Origin: Octopus vulgaris
Lineage: Eukaryota
Direction of reading: 5' to 3'
Length of the DNA: 64,000 nt
NCBI GenBank assembly: GCA_951406725.2
Contig: OX597843.1
Location: forward strand, 19,530,001 to 19,594,000
The notes beneath the pieces were generated by a model. It was not told where the DNA came from. It ran no database searches and worked only from the letters and a program-made list of their open reading frames with translations. The position numbers and the translations under genes were made by a program. Of the stretch, positions 62,291 to 64,000 are shown one piece after another (within the stretch, counting starts at the first letter, position 1; every line of letters begins with the position of its first letter).

Positions 62291-64000
62291 ATTACACACA
62301 CACACACACGCACACACACACACACACACACACTCAACACACACGCACACACATACACACGGCTTTGTCCCATTGGACATTCTATCTTTGACACACACAT
62401 ACAAATGCATACACACTGATACATAGACTCATACATATTCACGCACACTCACTCTTCAAACACATACACACACTCACACACACATACCCATACTCACAAG
62501 TGCTGCCCTCACACATTCACTCTTGCACCCACTGTTTTGCTTTGTATCTCTAAATCCCTCACTTCTCTCTCCTCCTCCACCCTTTTCCTCCCACTACTGC
62601 TTGGCTGCTACTAACTGCAACAGTTTACCTCCCCTATACGCACACATACAGCACCCTTCTTCTCTCCCTTTCCATTCGTGTTCACTCTTCTTCGAATAAA
62701 ACCACATTTGCTCTTCTCTCCTTTCGTCAGCCATTTTCTGTCTCTCACTTAACCCATGTGTACCAACCCTTTGCTTGTACTGTCTACATTATTTGACCTT
62801 CATGAAGTGTGCCATCTTTTTCAGACAATTTACATTACTGAATATTTTGCCTACATTTTGCCTTTTTTCTTGTCTTGTTATTTGATCTTCTGAAGCAACT
62901 TTTCTCTCGTATTCGAGTGTTATCCGATAGATTCTGCTGCAACTGTCCATGTCACGTCTTGCTGACTTTACAGTGTTCCCAGAGCATTCAACAGCAGTGA
63001 TGGTGTTTGAATTTTGGTAACCGTCATGAATTATCATGAATACAGGTATCTCTTTTCCAATATTTAGATGGCTTTCAAGGCGGCAAGCTGGCAGAAACGT
63101 TAGCACACCGGGTGCAATGCATAGCAGTATTTCGTCAGTTTTTTTCACGTTCTGAGTTCAAACTCCACTGAGGTCGACTTTGTCTTTCATCCTTTCGGAC
63201 TACCAGTTGCGTACTGGGGTCGATCTAATCGACTGGCCCCATTCCCCAAAATTTCGGTCCTTGTGCCTAGATTAGGAAAGAATATTTAGATGGCTTCCAG
63301 TCTGCCGCATCAGCTTTTTCTCAGCTACAACTTTATATTTATGCTCTCCAACGCCTTTGACTGTTTACCAATACACTACGTTTTCCTTAATATAATGTGA
63401 CATAAAATCGTTATATTTAATAACGTATATATCCATCCATCTACCATCTTCAACGCTCATTATTCCTGGGAGGGTAATGAGGACATCTGGTACCTCAGGT
63501 ACCTCCTGCATAGGGTCCTATCAGAGGCAACTGCCAATACACTTACTGATTGAATTCTCAACCATGACCAAATGAGGCTATGGATATTTTCTAGCCATCT
63601 CTTTTTGGTCTACCCTACATGTTTGAAAGAGAATTCCTATCCCTCAGTTAGGTTAATGCATATACCACAGTCAGGTCTTCTGCAAATTTTTCCTGGCGGC
63701 TTCAGTGTGGCTTCGAATATACTTGAGCTTATGTTAAGAGACATTTAATAGATTTTGGTTGTCTTTTGCCCTTTATGATGGTGTACGTTTGGAGGATAAA
63801 CTTCATTCTGTAATCCCTTTTTCGTAGGTGAATGTTCTGCAGGATTGTGTCGAAGGCTTCATTGTTAAGGGGGTTGTATGTGGAGATGGATGATAGGATA
63901 TTGGCTGTAAATCCTTCTTTAACTTGGGATGTCTGAGTTCGTGGATATTGAGTTGTAGGGCACATTGAAAGCCTATATCGATTAGTGATTGTGGGTAGTT

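Overview
AT-rich, microsatellite-dense animal genomic DNA; the SINE and transposon repertoire looks like octopus (inference). A multi-exon adhesion GPCR on the minus strand spans most of the window. I assembled 17 GT-AG exons from 59633 down to 11791, encoding Ly6/uPAR (three-finger)-like module(s), a SEA-like segment, GAIN/GPS and a complete 7TM; the 5' end lies beyond 64000. The Ly6 two-exon module is tandemly duplicated (two copies, plus the start of a probable third unit). The copies differ by a dense non-synonymous patch in one loop, and one exon-B copy is frameshifted. The GPS reads RL/K instead of HL/T, and there is a 1-nt phase break in a GAIN exon. Introns carry a near-intact R4/Dong-type LINE in (TAA)n, several Penelope-like fragments, four minimal hammerhead-like motifs (including G3:C8 and U3:A8 core variants), a chimeric Helitron, Tc1, RTE and CR1-like remnants, and many SINEs. 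MULE and mariner remnants and a second Helitron lie 3' of the last firm exon. All calls are by eye; no searches were run.
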